A program made the translations under genes and the position numbers. This document shows, one piece after another, positions 1 to 14,199 of a stretch of DNA of 64,000 bases (position 1 is its first letter; every line of letters starts with the position of its first letter). The notes beneath the pieces were generated by a model. That model saw only the letters and a list, made by a program, of their open reading frames with translations. It was not told the origin of the DNA and made no database searches. Source of the stretch: Octopus vulgaris (taxonomy: Eukaryota); the NCBI GenBank assembly GCA_951406725.2, contig OX597830.1, positions 19,282,001-19,346,000 of the forward strand, given 5' to 3'.

Positions 1-1245
1 TCTTAAACCTCATTTATGATATATAATGGACTTGATATGGTGAAACCTAAAGAGAGGAAACATTACACATTTGTACAGCAAAACAATTGAAGCTTTTTCA
101 ACTTTTAATATATGACTTGAAGTTCTTTCAAGGAGTATTTTTTGAAGCTTTCCTATGACTTTTCTTATGTATGATATTGTTACTAGATACCTTTGTATGT
201 GTGTAGTAAATCAAAAGTGGAGAGGGATTACAGGTAATTAGATCAGAGAAGCAGAATGTTTTGATTGCATATACACAGTTTACAGTGCATTAGGTACATA
301 AACACACACACACACACAGAAACACACACACACACACACATACAATGGAAGATCAGTGATGCGAAAAATCACTACAATTTCAAGGTGTGATCTGAAGAAA
401 ATTGACTTGCTATTTCTAGCAGACTAAGTAACCACACACAACCTACCTCATTAAGTGGAGGGAAATAAAATTGGAGGGAAAAAGCCATGGAGAAACATGT
501 CACAGGAAAAATAGTGAAAGTATTAAAATACATATATACATTCTTATTTCTTTATTGCCCACAAGGAGCTAAACATAGAGGGGACAAACACGGACAGACA
601 AACAGATTAAGTTGATAGCTGGTACTTATTTAATCAACCCTGAAAGGACGAAAGGCAAAGTTGTCCTCGGCAGAATTTGAACTCAGAACATAGCAGCAGA
701 TGAAATACCGCTAAGCATTTTGCCCGGCATGCTATTGTTTCTGCCAGCTTGCCGCATATATACATTCTTTGATAATAATAAGAATATCAAAGAATGTATA
801 ACTGTATTTGAATACTTGTGTGAAAACCAGTACTTAACACAACAAAACTCATACAAAGCTTTACATTTTACTTTTGACAATCTTTTTCTAAAAAAAGTGA
901 AACCAGTCAGGTGAATAAATGTCTTTAAAATTGCATTTTCAAACCTTCTTTCATATATATTTCCACTTGTGCAGTACCTTACAACTTCACTTTGTTTTAT
1001 ATATATATATATTTATATATATATATATCTAATGTAGGATAAAATTTTTTGAAAAAAATTCTATCAATGGCCAGCATATTAAAAAATACCTTTAAAGGTT
1101 AAATTTATAAACAATTTATAAGTAAGGGCAAAAGAAATAATTTCTAATGCCAAAATATGCTGAAAAAAGACATAATGTCAATAACCATGTAAGACGTAAT
1201 GTCTTACATGGTTATTGACATTATGTCTTTTGCCCTTACTTATAA

Positions 1246-1281
<36 letters not shown>

Positions 1282-1646
1282 TCAACCACGGTAGTGCTTG
1301 AATGTCTACCATTTTGAGAATCACAGCAGATTCCAAGCTTCACCACTAATTCAGTTCTCTCAACTAAATTGCAAACTGTTAACAGTTTTAAAGAGGACAC
1401 CTTCTCAGCCACACTTTGGCATAAATAGTTTGAGATTTGGTTCAATAGAAAAAAAAAGTTACATCAAAATATCTCAGACCTCAAGGTGGGTAGTAAGGCG
1501 GGTATTCATTTTCAATTAACATAAATTTTTTAGATTTAAAATAAAAGTATACTTTTCTTAGGCTTAAATAATAGAAAAATGCATGAGGAATTTAGAATCA
1601 TTAATCACATATAACAAAAATTAGTAGAAAAAATTTACGAGATAAA

Positions 1647-1817
1647 GTGTCAGGAGTGGCTGTGTGGTAAGTAGCTTGTTTACCAACCACATGGTTCTGG
1701 GTTCAGTCCCACTGCGTGGCACCTTGGGCGAGTGTCTTCTTCTATAGCCTCAGGCCGACCAATGCCTTGTGAGTGGATTTGGTAGACGGAAACTGAAAGA
1801 AGCCCGTCATATATATG

Positions 1818-1848
<31 letters not shown>

Positions 1849-2070
1849 TTGTGTGTCTGTGTTTGTCCCCCTAGCATTGCTTGACAACCGATGCTGGTGT
1901 GTTTATGTCCCCGTTACTTAGCGGTTTGGCAAAAGGGACCGATAGAATAAGTACTGGGCTTACAAAAGAATAAGTCCCGGGGTCGAGTTGCTCGATTAAA
2001 GGCGGTGCTCCAGCATGGCCGCAGTCAAATGACTGAAACAAGTAAAAGAGTAAAAGAGAGTAAAAGAGTA
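1647..2070 (+). mobile_element. tRNA-derived SINE, family A (most abundant in the window)
   Basis: A box tggctgtgtgg, B box ggttcagtccc, internal (TA/TG)n, tail (GTAAAAGA)n. Other copies: 11397-11696(+), 12337-12730(-), 12900-13130(+), 29310-29720(-), 30355-30550(+), 39248-39881(-), 43670-43812(+), 44938-45331(-), 60820-60930(+). Confidence 0.9.
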
Positions 2071-3769
2071 AATGCTAATTTAGTAAGTCAGGAAGTAAGT
2101 AAGGGAGTAACAACCCAAGCAATAATTTTAAGAATATATTTCTAAAATGAATGCTTACATTCTAAGGTGGTGAGTCAGCAGAAATGTTAGTGTGCCAGGC
2201 AAAATGGTTTGAGGTATTTTGTCTGTCATTATGTTCTGAGTTCAAATTCTGCAGAGGTTGACTTTGTATATTTTATTTTTTTAATTAGATATTTAATAAA
2301 GTTATTTTTAATATGCTGTTGAATTAGGTAAAGTTTAACTTTTATTATTCATTTTCTCTTTCACCTTTAATTAACTTGCTTTCTGCTTTTTTTTTGCTTT
2401 CCTTTTCTTTTTAGTTAATTATTTAATCAGGCTAGTTCATTAATGTATTATATGCTTCAGATATATGCATCTAAATTTATTGGGACAGGAATATAGTCAT
2501 TTTTCACTGTCTCTATGGGCAGACCTGAAGGTATGTAGCTAGGCTGTCCAGAAAAGGCATTGGTTAAAAGTGTTTATATTTTAAATTTACTTTTTAAATT
2601 TCAAAATTAATTAAAAGGGATTTTTCATAAATCAAATTTATATTAATGGGCTGTAGGTAATTTTAACTTGTGTATATCTGATATGCTTTTATAATTACTG
2701 TTGTATTGAATAATTATTGATACATCTAGATTAGCAGCAGTCAGTGCTATTATCACCAACTCAAAATCTAGGCTACTTAATGGGAGCCTGGTAAATGAAG
2801 GTTTTGGTGTCTTGTTTGTAACTTTTGGTGAGCTATGGTGCAACCTGCAAGGTGGTAAGAATCCCTGCCATTAATTTGGTGTGACTGAGTAACATCAAAT
2901 AATTCAATCACAACATATATTTAAATTAAACATGAAAAAAATTGAAATATTATCATCACTTACATGGAAAAATTGAAATATTATCTTTCAGTATTTTATA
3001 AGGTAAAATCTTAAATTATTAATTAATACATTATTAATTATCTTATAATAGCAATGTCTGGAAAAATCATGGATTATATGAAAAATGCAAGCATGAAAAG
3101 TAATATTCTTATGATTATAAACCTGGAAAAGTACAGGACAAGTTATTACACCTGTAAAAGTATAGGACAAACTATTATTTCTAGTAGAGAAAAAGAAACT
3201 TTTTACTTAAAATATTGCAGCTAAAATTAAAATTTGAATATTAAAAATTATTTTATTACAGTTTACAAATAACACTATACTTATTTAAGTAGAATTTGGC
3301 TAATTTACTACCTTAAATACAGAAAAAAAGACTAATTAGACAAACTTACAAATTAACTAAACAGTTTTGTACAATAAATTTAAAAGATGAGAAATATAAA
3401 GAGTGATAAATTTGAAGAACTGGCATTCTTTGCTGCAATATTTTAAGTAAATAGTTCCTTATTCTCTAGTTTACGAGAAGTAATAGCTTGTCCTATACTT
3501 TTCCAGGTGTAATAACTTGTCCTGTACTTTTCCAGGTTTATAATCATAAGAATATTACTTTTCATGCTTGCATTTTTCCATGTGATATATATATGTATAT
3601 GTATATATATAGGAAGGGCATCCAGCTGTAGAAACAATGCCAGATCAGACTGGAGCCTGGTGCAGCCTCCTGGCTTCCAAGACCCTGGTCGAACCGTCCA
3701 ACCCATGCTAGCATGGAAAACGGACATTAAACGATGATGATGATGATGATGTATATATATGTGTGTATA

Positions 3770-3867
<98 letters not shown>

Positions 3868-5101
3868 CATGTATTCATATATATATGTATATATATATAT
3901 ACACACACACATATACATACATACATAAATACATACATACATACATACATACATACATACATACATAGAAACCCAAGTTACTAGTGAGAGATTATCAATC
4001 TGGACAAAATACCTTATAAGCTCTCTATTAGTACATCAAAATAACAATATTGTTTAGATTAGCAAAGAACTCTGAGTATTCTTGTGATAAAGTCCGAGTT
4101 GATAGTTCATCATCGTTCTATACAGTAGATCCATAGTTGTATTCCAGTTATACTGTTTTTTTTTACAGAGTGATATATAAGACAAAACATAAACAATGGT
4201 CATTGCATATTACTTTACCAATAAATTTGACTTACAGCTGTTTCCAGTAGTCGTTATAAGTTGATTATTTATTGGTTTATTCAACTGGCCCATAAATCGG
4301 TAGAGAAATATTGAATGACCTGGCAAATTAATGTTACTTTCTTCTGTGTGTGTGTGTTTATATATACATATATATATATGTGTGTGTGTATGCACATAAA
4401 CACATGTGATATTTTGAAGTAACATATTTGGAGTTAGTAAACTGAAGAAAACCATAAATTTTGCATGATCCAAGTTAAGCGTTTACAACAGCTGTTTCAA
4501 TGAATAAACATCATTGCTTCTTTCATCTTTGTCTCCTGATGAAATGGATAACCTATCACATTTTAAATTAATTTAGTATGTATCTCAATTATGTAATTAT
4601 ATAAATGCTGTTGAAAAATTATGACTCACATTACATTTAAGCTTTTCTGCTGTATACTGTCGTAATCATCATCATCATCATTTTGATGTTTACTTTTCCA
4701 TACTCGTATGGATCAGATGAAGTTTATGGAGGCAGATTTTCTACAGCTAGATGCCCTCCCTGTTGCCAAATTATATCTGTTTTCAAGCTAAGTAATACTT
4801 CTCCGCAGACAGACATGCTGCAAAATGTTAAAAGGAATGATACTGCTTGTATGACAGTGAAAATCATTTACAACTATCACACAGTGTCAAAACAAGGGGG
4901 ACATGAACATGTAAACATTCACACCCACACACACATACACACAGGTAGATTTCAGTTTCCATCTACCAAATCCACTCACAAGGCTTTGATTGGCCCTAGG
5001 CTATAGTAGAAGGTAACAGACCAAGATGCCATGCGGTGTGACTGAACCTGGAACCATGCAGTTGGGAAGGGAACATATCTTATTGCACAACCATATTTGC
5101 A

Positions 5102-5144
<43 letters not shown>

Positions 5145-5192
5145 GTATATATATATGTATGTAATGTATATGGATATAATGTATATATATAC

Positions 5193-5232
<40 letters not shown>

Positions 5233-5233
<1 letters not shown>

Positions 5234-5531
5234 GAGGCACAATGGCCCAGTGGTTAGGGCAGCAGACTCGAGGTTGTAGGATCACGGTTTCAATTCCCAG
5301 ACCGAGGTTTGTTAGTGTTTATTGAGCGAAAACACCTAAAGCTCCACGAGGCTCCGGCAGGGTGGTGGTGGCGATCCCTGCTGTACTCTTTCGCCACAAC
5401 TTTCTCTCACTCTTTCTTCTGTTGGCCTGCTTACTTAGCTAGCGGGGTGGTGTCATTTGAAGGCTAAAACAATGCGAGGCGCATTGTGACCAGTGATGTG
5501 TAACAACATCTGATAACCTGGTCGGTCACGG

Positions 5532-5575
<44 letters not shown>

Positions 5576-5884
5576 AGGCACAATGGTCCAGTGGTTAGGG
5601 CAGCGGACTCGAGGTTGTAGGATCACGGTTTCAATTCCCAGACCGGGTGTTGTGAGTGTTTATTGAGCGAAAACACCTAAAGCTCCACAAGGCTTCGGCA
5701 GGGAGTGGTGGCGATCCCTGCTGTACTCTTTTGCCACAACTTTCTCTCTCTCTTTCTTCTGTTGGCCTGCTTGCTTAGCTAGCGGGGGTGGTGTCATTTG
5801 AAGGCTAAAACAATGCAAAGTACATTGTGACCAGCAATGTGTAGCAACATCTGATAGCCTGGTTGGTCATGCTGATCATGGTGA
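5233..5884 (+). mobile_element. Two tandem copies of tRNA-derived SINE family C (5233-5531, 5574-5884)
   Basis: A box tggcccagtgg, B box ggtttcaattccc; copies separated by (TA)(TG)n. Confidence 0.85.
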
Positions 5885-5928
5885 TATATATATATATATA
5901 ATGTATATATATATATATATTTATGACT

Positions 5929-6895
5929 AGATTGGAGCAATCTCAAGTATAACCACCCAAAATTGCAAAGATAATCTGGAACTCGACTGAGGAAAGAAAA
6001 CTTCAAATGTCTCATCCGTGTTTTTTCTTGTCCCTCTTTTGTATCATCTGTCTGGATATTTTGTTGTCCCTTTTTTGTATCATCTAGCTGTCAGGATGTT
6101 TTGCGTCCTTGTCCCATTTTTTGCATTCCTTTTTATATACATATGGCGGCATACGTACACTTTGGTCTCATATATATATATAAATTTTGTATGACTCTCT
6201 TATTCTTTCATTCTTTCTGTCTATCAGTCCCTTCACACTTACTTTGTTCTTTCCACTCTTCTTTCTTTCATTCTTCCTCTCTCACATTTCTTGGCTTTCT
6301 CTTCATTCTCACCTTCCTTCCTCTTTCACTTCACTCTCTCCCTAGTTCTTCTATCCCTCTGCCTCTACCTCTCTTCTTTCTCTCCACGTGACCAGTGTTT
6401 GGCCAAGCCTGACCTTTCTTTCTTGGTTCGACTACCATCCATGCAACATCTATATTCCTCCCAATGCCTGTCATCTCTTATGTCCCTGCTGTAAGGTTTC
6501 ACTTTCACACATGCCAGTTTAATTTAATTCATCCTTAGTCGAAAGACACCTGTTGTTATGTCCTGTTATTTGCATTTGTATTTGTGTACCATTTCTCCAT
6601 TTTTTCTTCCATTCTTGTTTTCATATACATTCGCTGCTTTCTTCCAAGAAATCTAATACTCTTAGCTTAGTTTTACCTTGGGGCTGGCCAGATTGGAGCA
6701 ATCTCGAGTATAACCAGCTGAATTTGCAAAGATAATCTAGAACTCATCCGAGGAAAGAAAACTTCAAATGACCCATCCATGTTTTCTCTTGTCCCTCTTT
6801 TGTATCATCTGTCTGGATATTTTGTTGTCTCTTTTTTGCATCATCTAGCTGTCTGGATGTTTTGTGTTCTTATCCCATTTTTCATATTCCTATAC
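5929..6895 (+). repeat. Element with ~200-bp direct repeats (5929-6135 and 6689-6895)
   Basis: agattggagcaatctc.agtataacca...gcaaagataatct.gaactc... repeated; flanked by (TA)n. Confidence 0.75.
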
Positions 6896-6911
6896 ATACA
6901 TATATATATGT

Positions 6912-6999
<88 letters not shown>

Positions 7000-7109
7000 C
7001 ATATATATATATATGTGCATGTATATATGTGTATATACATCTGCACACATGAAACAGAGAGAGAGAGAGTGGGGGGAAGCAGGGAGAAATATGATAATGG
7101 AGATGTAAT

Positions 7110-7458
7110 AAGGCGTAAAATACTCTGTGCTCTCTGAACCTCACTCCACCAGATCTTTTTATATGAAGATACTTAAATGATAAATTTTGCTGTCCAAAAC
7201 CAGCAACAATCAATGAATTCAGGGCAACCATTGGAAAACCATGAACACAAGTACCGAATGGAATTTTTGTGATTCCATTACTTCACATTATCAGCAATAG
7301 GTGTACAAAAATAGTCAATAGTTTGAAAACAGGCATTTATAGAAATATTAAATCCTTTTTGTGTATTCTATTCAATTTTGAAAGCAAAAATGAATTTTAA
7401 TAAACCCTGACTTCAAAAGCAATCAACATGGATTTACATTTTTTGGTGGACACCCTAC
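7110..7458 (+). mobile_element. Degenerate Tc1/mariner transposase C-terminus with terminal repeat
   Basis: [29 protein letters not shown]; ends in ttttggtggacacccta. Confidence 0.65.
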
Positions 7459-7994
7459 ACACACACGCACACGTGCGCACACACACACACATGTACATAT
7501 ATACGCAATGTTTTTCTGCATGGAAAAGAAAGTAAAGCTGAGAAGAAAAACCAGTTTTGTTAACATTCATGAATAATAATAGCAAGTCTGTGTTAATTAT
7601 TGCACAATTGAAGACAGTGGATAGGTAAAATCAGGAGAGTCACAGCCAAATGTCTTACAGTATTTAGTTGTGTATCTTTGTTCTGAGTTCAAATCCTGCC
7701 TTGGCTTACTTTACTTTCCATCCTTCAAGGGTGGGGTGGGGAAAAATAAATCACCTGTGAAGAAGAGAGGGACAGTCATTCAAACTGGTTGTTTCCCCCA
7801 CTTCTTAAATGTTAAGTTTTTGTAACAAATTGGAACAAATTTATGATGTTTATTTATGCTAATGCCATCACAATTGCTACCACTAAAACCGCTGACACCA
7901 TTCTCATCACCACCAGTACCACCACCATGCCCTTTCCCATAACTATTTTCCTCATTGCCACCATCACCACTACCACCGCGAGGATGATACCACC

Positions 7995-8031
7995 ACACTA
8001 CTACTACCACCACCACCACCACCACCACCAG

Positions 8032-8069
<38 letters not shown>

Positions 8070-8070
8070 T

Positions 8071-8133
<63 letters not shown>

Positions 8134-8168
8134 CACCACCACCACTACTACTGCTGCTGCTACTGCTA
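7995..8168. repeat. Compound (TAC)n/(CAC)n trinucleotide microsatellite
   Basis: Visible; source of spurious poly-Y/H/V ORFs. Confidence 0.95.
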
Positions 8169-8367
8169 GTGACATAGTCAGTTAAAGAATTAATAACCTT
8201 TATATCTATATTTATATTTATTTTACTGACTTTTTCTTCACTTTCTTTTAATTTCTTTCATGCACTATTTCCCTTCCATGTAATTATTAAAAAAAACATC
8301 CCCTCTCTATATGTGTGTGTGTGTATGTGTACACACACACACACACACTTCCCGAGCATTAAACTAT

Positions 8368-8517
<150 letters not shown>

Positions 8518-8851
8518 GCTGACAGGGTCTAAAAATATTGGTTGCCAGGAGACTAAAAGGGGCCACTCACAAGCTGCAACTACAAGGCCATCATTTAATT
8601 TTTTTGTTTCTGTTAAAAGTATTCTTTTCAACTGTCTACAAACACAACCAGGCTGAAATAATGCATTCTTCCAGGAGTGAATAAAAAATTCTCAAACTTG
8701 AGGGGATGGGCCCCTTAAATACTATCATGGGCTCCCATATATGGATTCTAATGGTGCAGGGGCCCACTTGCCATCGGGCAAGCTGACAACCGGCCAGCCC
8801 ACCATTGTATGTATATGCATATATATGTATATGTATGTATGTATCTATCTC

Positions 8852-8923
<72 letters not shown>

Positions 8924-8936
8924 TTATATATATGTA

Positions 8937-9920
8937 TGTCTAACCGCATGAACTTTGTTTTTATGCGGTTCATCTTGAGACCTACTGCAGAACTTTTGAT
9001 GTCGAGCTCCGTCAGCATGGTCTGAAGCTGATCCATGTTTTCAGCGATGAGTACGATGTTGTCAGTGAAACGGAGGTGAGTGAGGAGCTCACCATTAATG
9101 TTGACACCACCTTGCCATTCGATGCCTCTGATGATCTGTTCGAGACATGCAGTGAAAAGTTTTGGGGAGATTGTATCTCCTTGCTTCACTCCCTTCTCGA
9201 CCGGCACTCGTATGGGTGATGACAGTAGAGCTATGTCGGTGGTGCATACGGTCAGACAATGTACCAACAGGTCGAATGGTGATTGGCAGTGATGAAATAG
9301 AGGAGGTGAGAGAATATGTCTACCTGGGACAGGAAGTAAATATGTGCCGGGATATCAAAAAGGAGATCTCATGGAGAGTAAGGGCCGGATAGAAGGCGTT
9401 CAATGGCATAAGGGATGTGCTCAAGGGAAGGTTGGACAGGACCACCCGCACTAACCTCATTAACAGTGCAGTTCTGCCTGCAATGTTATATGGTAGTGAA
9501 ACATGGGCTACCACAAAGAGAGAAGAGCAAAGACTGGTAATGGCTCAAAGAGCCATGGAAAGGTCAATGCTTGGTATCTAGTTGAGAGAGCACATAAGTA
9601 GCAAGATCATCAGAAAGAAGTCCGGCTTGAGAGATGTCATCGCAGAGTATACACGCAGCAAGTATAGATGGGCTGGACACGTCGCCCGGCTCACCGATAA
9701 TCGGTGGATGCACGCAGTTGTTGAGTGGTATCCGCGTGAGCGGAAAAGACCACCCGGAAGACCTCCACGACGGTGGAGTTATGATTTCAGGAGGACGATT
9801 GGGATCACATGGATGAGAAAGGCGCGATCCAGAGAGGAGTAGACAGCGTGCTGTGACCAGCGGTGTCAAATGGACGCCTGATGGACTAGTCGGTCAAAGT
9901 GATCAAAGTGATCAAAGTGA
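8937..9920. mobile_element. RTE-clade LINE, 5'-truncated with a 5' inversion, inserted in (TA)n
   Basis: Minus 8937-9245: GVKQGDTISPKLF...LRFTDNIVL...GLKMNRIKTKFM. Plus 9246-9880: EYVYLGQ...LYGSETW...RWAGHVAR...GRPPRRW with stops. Tail (TCAAAGTGA)n. Confidence 0.9.
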
Positions 9921-9939
9921 TATATGTATGTATATATGT

Positions 9940-10009
<70 letters not shown>

Positions 10010-10869
10010 AATATACATACATACACACACACACATACACATATATATATATATATATACACATATATATACTATCTAATATAATAAATGTGAAAATTAA
10101 TTTCTGTGTGTCAGTATGCCACATTTAGACCTCCTCCCTCATCATTCAATGACACTCCTACTATTCCTCATGATGGGGTGAGAGTAATAATAGGCATAGA
10201 GATAGTGAGGGTGGTGGCACAGACACAGAGAGAGAAAGAGAGAGAGAGAGAAAGAAAAAGAGAGGGAGAGAAAGGGAGACAAAGAAATTTAGGGAGAGTT
10301 GATGTTTTATTAAAAGTAGCAGTGTTGGTGGTGGCAGTGGGAGTAATAATAAAAAGATAGAAGGAGTGGGTATGTGAGAGAAAGAGGGAGATGAAGTACA
10401 ATTTTGTTTAACCATGTCTCTTTGACAGATATTCCTGTCACCAACATACTGAACACTATCATTTTTGTTTTATTTTTTGCTTTCTTTAATACACACATAC
10501 ACACACACACACACACACACATGCACACACATGCACACATATATCTATGAAATACACGTTCAATGAAATAAAGTTTTCCTAAAATTAAACATCTAATATA
10601 ATAAATGTGAATGTTAGTGTGTCACACTTTTACAACTTTAATAAATCCATTTTACTGGGAGTACAAGGCCTCAAATTTTGAGGAAGGGGATTAAGTCGAT
10701 TACATCGACCTCAGTACATAACTGGTACTAATTTTATCGACCCTGCAAGGATAAAAGACAAAGTTGGCTTCAGGAGAATTTGAACTCAAAACCTGACAGC
10801 AGACGAAATACCGCTAAGCATTTCACTAACAATTCTGCCAGTTCGCCACCTTAATATAATATAATAATA

Positions 10870-11340
10870 TAATATAATAAATATGAGTGTCAGTGTATCA
10901 CACTTTTTCAACTTTATTCCTAGAGGCCGTAGCCCAACATATCATATCATTTTGGAATCTAGCTGACTCTGTTAGTAAATTAAGAACATTCTGGGCCGAA
11001 TCCACACCACAATCCTGAAATATTGGATTCCCAAGTTTTCATTACTGCGATTGTTTCCAGTGATTTTTTTTTTATGTGACTTTTTGTGACAAATTTTTTT
11101 TGTACGATAACAATATTTAAAACATTCTGGGCTGATTTCAGACCTGCAATCCTGAAATTTTGGATTCCTATGTTTTCATTATTGTGATTGATTTTGGCGA
11201 TATTTTTTTACAGGAATTTTTGTGACAAATATGATCATCATTGGGATATGACTCTGGAGGAAGCAAGTGCAACAGATTCTCCAAAACAAGTCAGAGATCT
11301 GTTTGCAGATCTTCCCATTCGGGGTCAGTTGCTTAACATT
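10870..11340 (+). mobile_element. Helitron relic
   Basis: DHHWDMTLEEASATDSPKQVRDLFA resembles a Helitron RepHel linker motif. TCTAATATA(T)ATAAATGTGAA 5'-end-like motifs at ~10075 and ~10592. Confidence 0.6.
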
Positions 11341-12791
11341 AATCAGATTGGTTCCTCTATCTTTTTGTAGAGTACAAATTTATTATTCTTAAACAAGGCG
11401 CAGGAGTGGCTGTGTGGTAAGTAGCTTGCTTACCAACACATGGTTCCGGGTTCAGTCCCACTCCGTGGCATCTTGGGCAAGTGTCTTCTGCTATAGCCCC
11501 GGGCTGACCAATGCCTTGTGAGTGGATTTGGTAGTCGGAAACTGAAAGAAGCCTGTCGTATATATGTATATATATATGTATGTGTGTGAATAAGTACTGG
11601 GCTTACAACGAATAAGTCCCGGGGTCGATTTGCTTGACTAAAGGCGGTGCTCCAGCATGGCCGCAGTCAAATGACTGAAACAAGTAAAAGAGTAAGAATC
11701 TTGTTGACAGTGACTTTGAAGTTTTGGCCAGGTAAGCCACCATCGGGACTGCAGTGCATTAGAGTTAGTCACGGCTTTATACAATCTCTGTTGAGTTAAA
11801 ATCTTCTTTGGGTGTGTGGGTTTGAGTGGAGTGGTACTTAGGTTTTTATGATTGGCTGTTATGGAGAGGTGTTTTAGAAAAATGTTTACTATGTCAACAT
11901 TTAGGTGTGTCTCTTTTGTTAGATAGGTACAAGTTATGTCAGTAGTTTTATTTTTGGTTTTATTGGATTTAATCCTTTGCTTTGACAACCTAAAGATCAA
12001 AGGGTACAAAATCCACTATTTAAATCTTAGCAATTGGATATGTCAACTTTTTTGTAATGGACTTCTTGTTTAAGGATTTCACAAAAGAGTGTAAATAGGC
12101 GGTATGCTTTAACTGGTCAGTTTCTTTACTTGTTATTGTCGTTATTTAGAGTATTTCCTCTTTTAATTTGGAAGGTAGGGGTTATAAGTCAGGCATGTCA
12201 TGAGGTTGTTAGTATAGAAAATTGTTTCTCTTGTGCTTTGATGTTCACAAAAGGATTTGGATAGGTGTATAGGTTGTTGTTCTGTATGTTTCTCTCTTGG
12301 TGGTCATTGTTCTATAAGCAATTTGATTATCGTTTATCTCTTACTTGTCTCAGTCATTAGACTGTAGCTATGCTGGGGCACTGCTTGAATTTTTAGTCAA
12401 ATGAATTGGCCCCAGTACTTATTTGTTAAGCCTGGTACTTACTCTATCAGTCTCTTTTGTCAAACCACTAAGTTATGGGACACAAATGCACCAACACCAG
12501 TTGTCAAGTGGTGGTCAGAGGACAAACACAGACAGAATGACACACTCACGTATACATCCATAAACACAATGGGCTTCTTTCAGTTTCCATCTACCGAATC
12601 CACTCACAAGGCCTTGGTTGGCCTGAAGCTATAGTAGAAGACACTTGCCCAAGGTGCCATGCAGTGAGACTGAACTCAGAACCATGTGGTTGGTAAGCAA
12701 GCTATTTACCGCACAACCTCTCCTGCGCCTATATATATTGTTTTCTGTAGTTTCAGCTCAGAGTTGCAGCCATGCTGATGCACCGCCGTTA

Positions 12792-12846
<55 letters not shown>

Positions 12847-13525
12847 GGTTGAATTAAATTTCATCCTTTAATTTGGAGGATTCTAAAAAAGATTTCTAAT
12901 GTGTGTGTGTGTGTGTGTGTGTTTGTCCCCCCAAAAAAAACATTGCTTGACAACTGATGCTGGTGTGTTTACACCCCAGTAACTTAGCAGTTCTGCAAAA
13001 GAGACCAATAGAATAAGTACTAGGCTTACAAAGAATAATTCCTGGGGTCAATTTGCTAGACTATAGGTGGTGCTCCAGCATGGCCGCAGTCAAATGACTG
13101 AAACAAGTAAAAGAGTAAAAGATTAAAAGAGTGTAGGTAAAGGCAGATGATTATTTGATGTGCAGGTATAGGAGGGAAGTGTTGGGGGAGGGAAAAGTAT
13201 TTCTTTTCAATTGCTGGAGCTGGAGGAAAGTAAATTGCCCAAGACATCTTCAGTGGAATAGTGAAAATGATGTTATTGATGTTCCTTTTGAAACTAAGTT
13301 AACAACTGTGGGAAAGATATGCGCCAGAAGGGTATTAATGCCATCATTCTGGGAAGAAAAGATTGAGTGTTGTGATTAATGCAAGGGCCCAAGGGTTGAA
13401 CACAACAAGGTAATAAGAAGAGGAATGAGTAGGGTAAGAATGTCAGTGTACAGGTGGTCAGAGCCCAGCCAGATCTGAAGAGTAGAGGCTATTATAATGG
13501 AGGTTGAAAAGGCAGAGAGAGGGAG

Positions 13526-13567
<42 letters not shown>

Positions 13568-14199
13568 GAGAGAGAGGAGACAATTCATCTGTGAGTCAAT
13601 GACAGAGGTGTGAGTGAGGCAGGTTATGAATGCCTGCAGAAGGATAGTAGGAAATAAAGAAATTTTGGAGGGGGATCAGAAATTAAGAAAAATGAGAGAA
13701 GGGGAGGGATACTGGCCTGTTAAAATGCAGGGAGGGATATTTGTTGTTGTTCTCCAGGTCAACAACCCTAGCAAGTAACTTTACATTAGCATTATTCACA
13801 TATACAAGTCTGTATTCTCATAAAACATTTGAATGTATAGAATTACATAGCAGGTTTCTTATTTACACAAGTGTACATGTACACACGTATGCATAGGAAG
13901 AGTTGAAGGAAAGACACACAACACACACACACATAAGTACATGAATGGGTCACAAACCCACATACTAGTAATGGATATGGGACAACCTGCCCAGCTCATA
14001 TGTTTCACACATAAAACACACGTTACTCTGAAGTTGAGAATTTTCCTTTAACTACAAAGTGCAAAAATATTTGAGGACATTTTAAAAAATTTAATAAAAC
14101 TATTCTAATCTAACAAAAATCAAATGCATTTTAATAAAAATTTGTGCTCGTGTTCTCGATAAGCTTTCTTATAAGATTATTCTGTGAATCTGCCTTCAG

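Noticed and set aside
2643-2880. Open frames on both strands
   Set aside because: No recognisable motif; probably decayed transposon sequence.
4236-4319. Possible minus-strand exon (ttgccag ... gtaagt)
   Set aside because: No recognisable protein and no partner exons. The donor-like sequence overlaps the GAAACAGCTGTAAG hammerhead half-motif seen in repeats elsewhere.
5233-5300. tRNA-like sequences with A and B boxes (also 43238, 59168, 1647)
   Set aside because: They continue into repeated SINE bodies and lack a complete cloverleaf, so they are SINE heads rather than tRNA genes.
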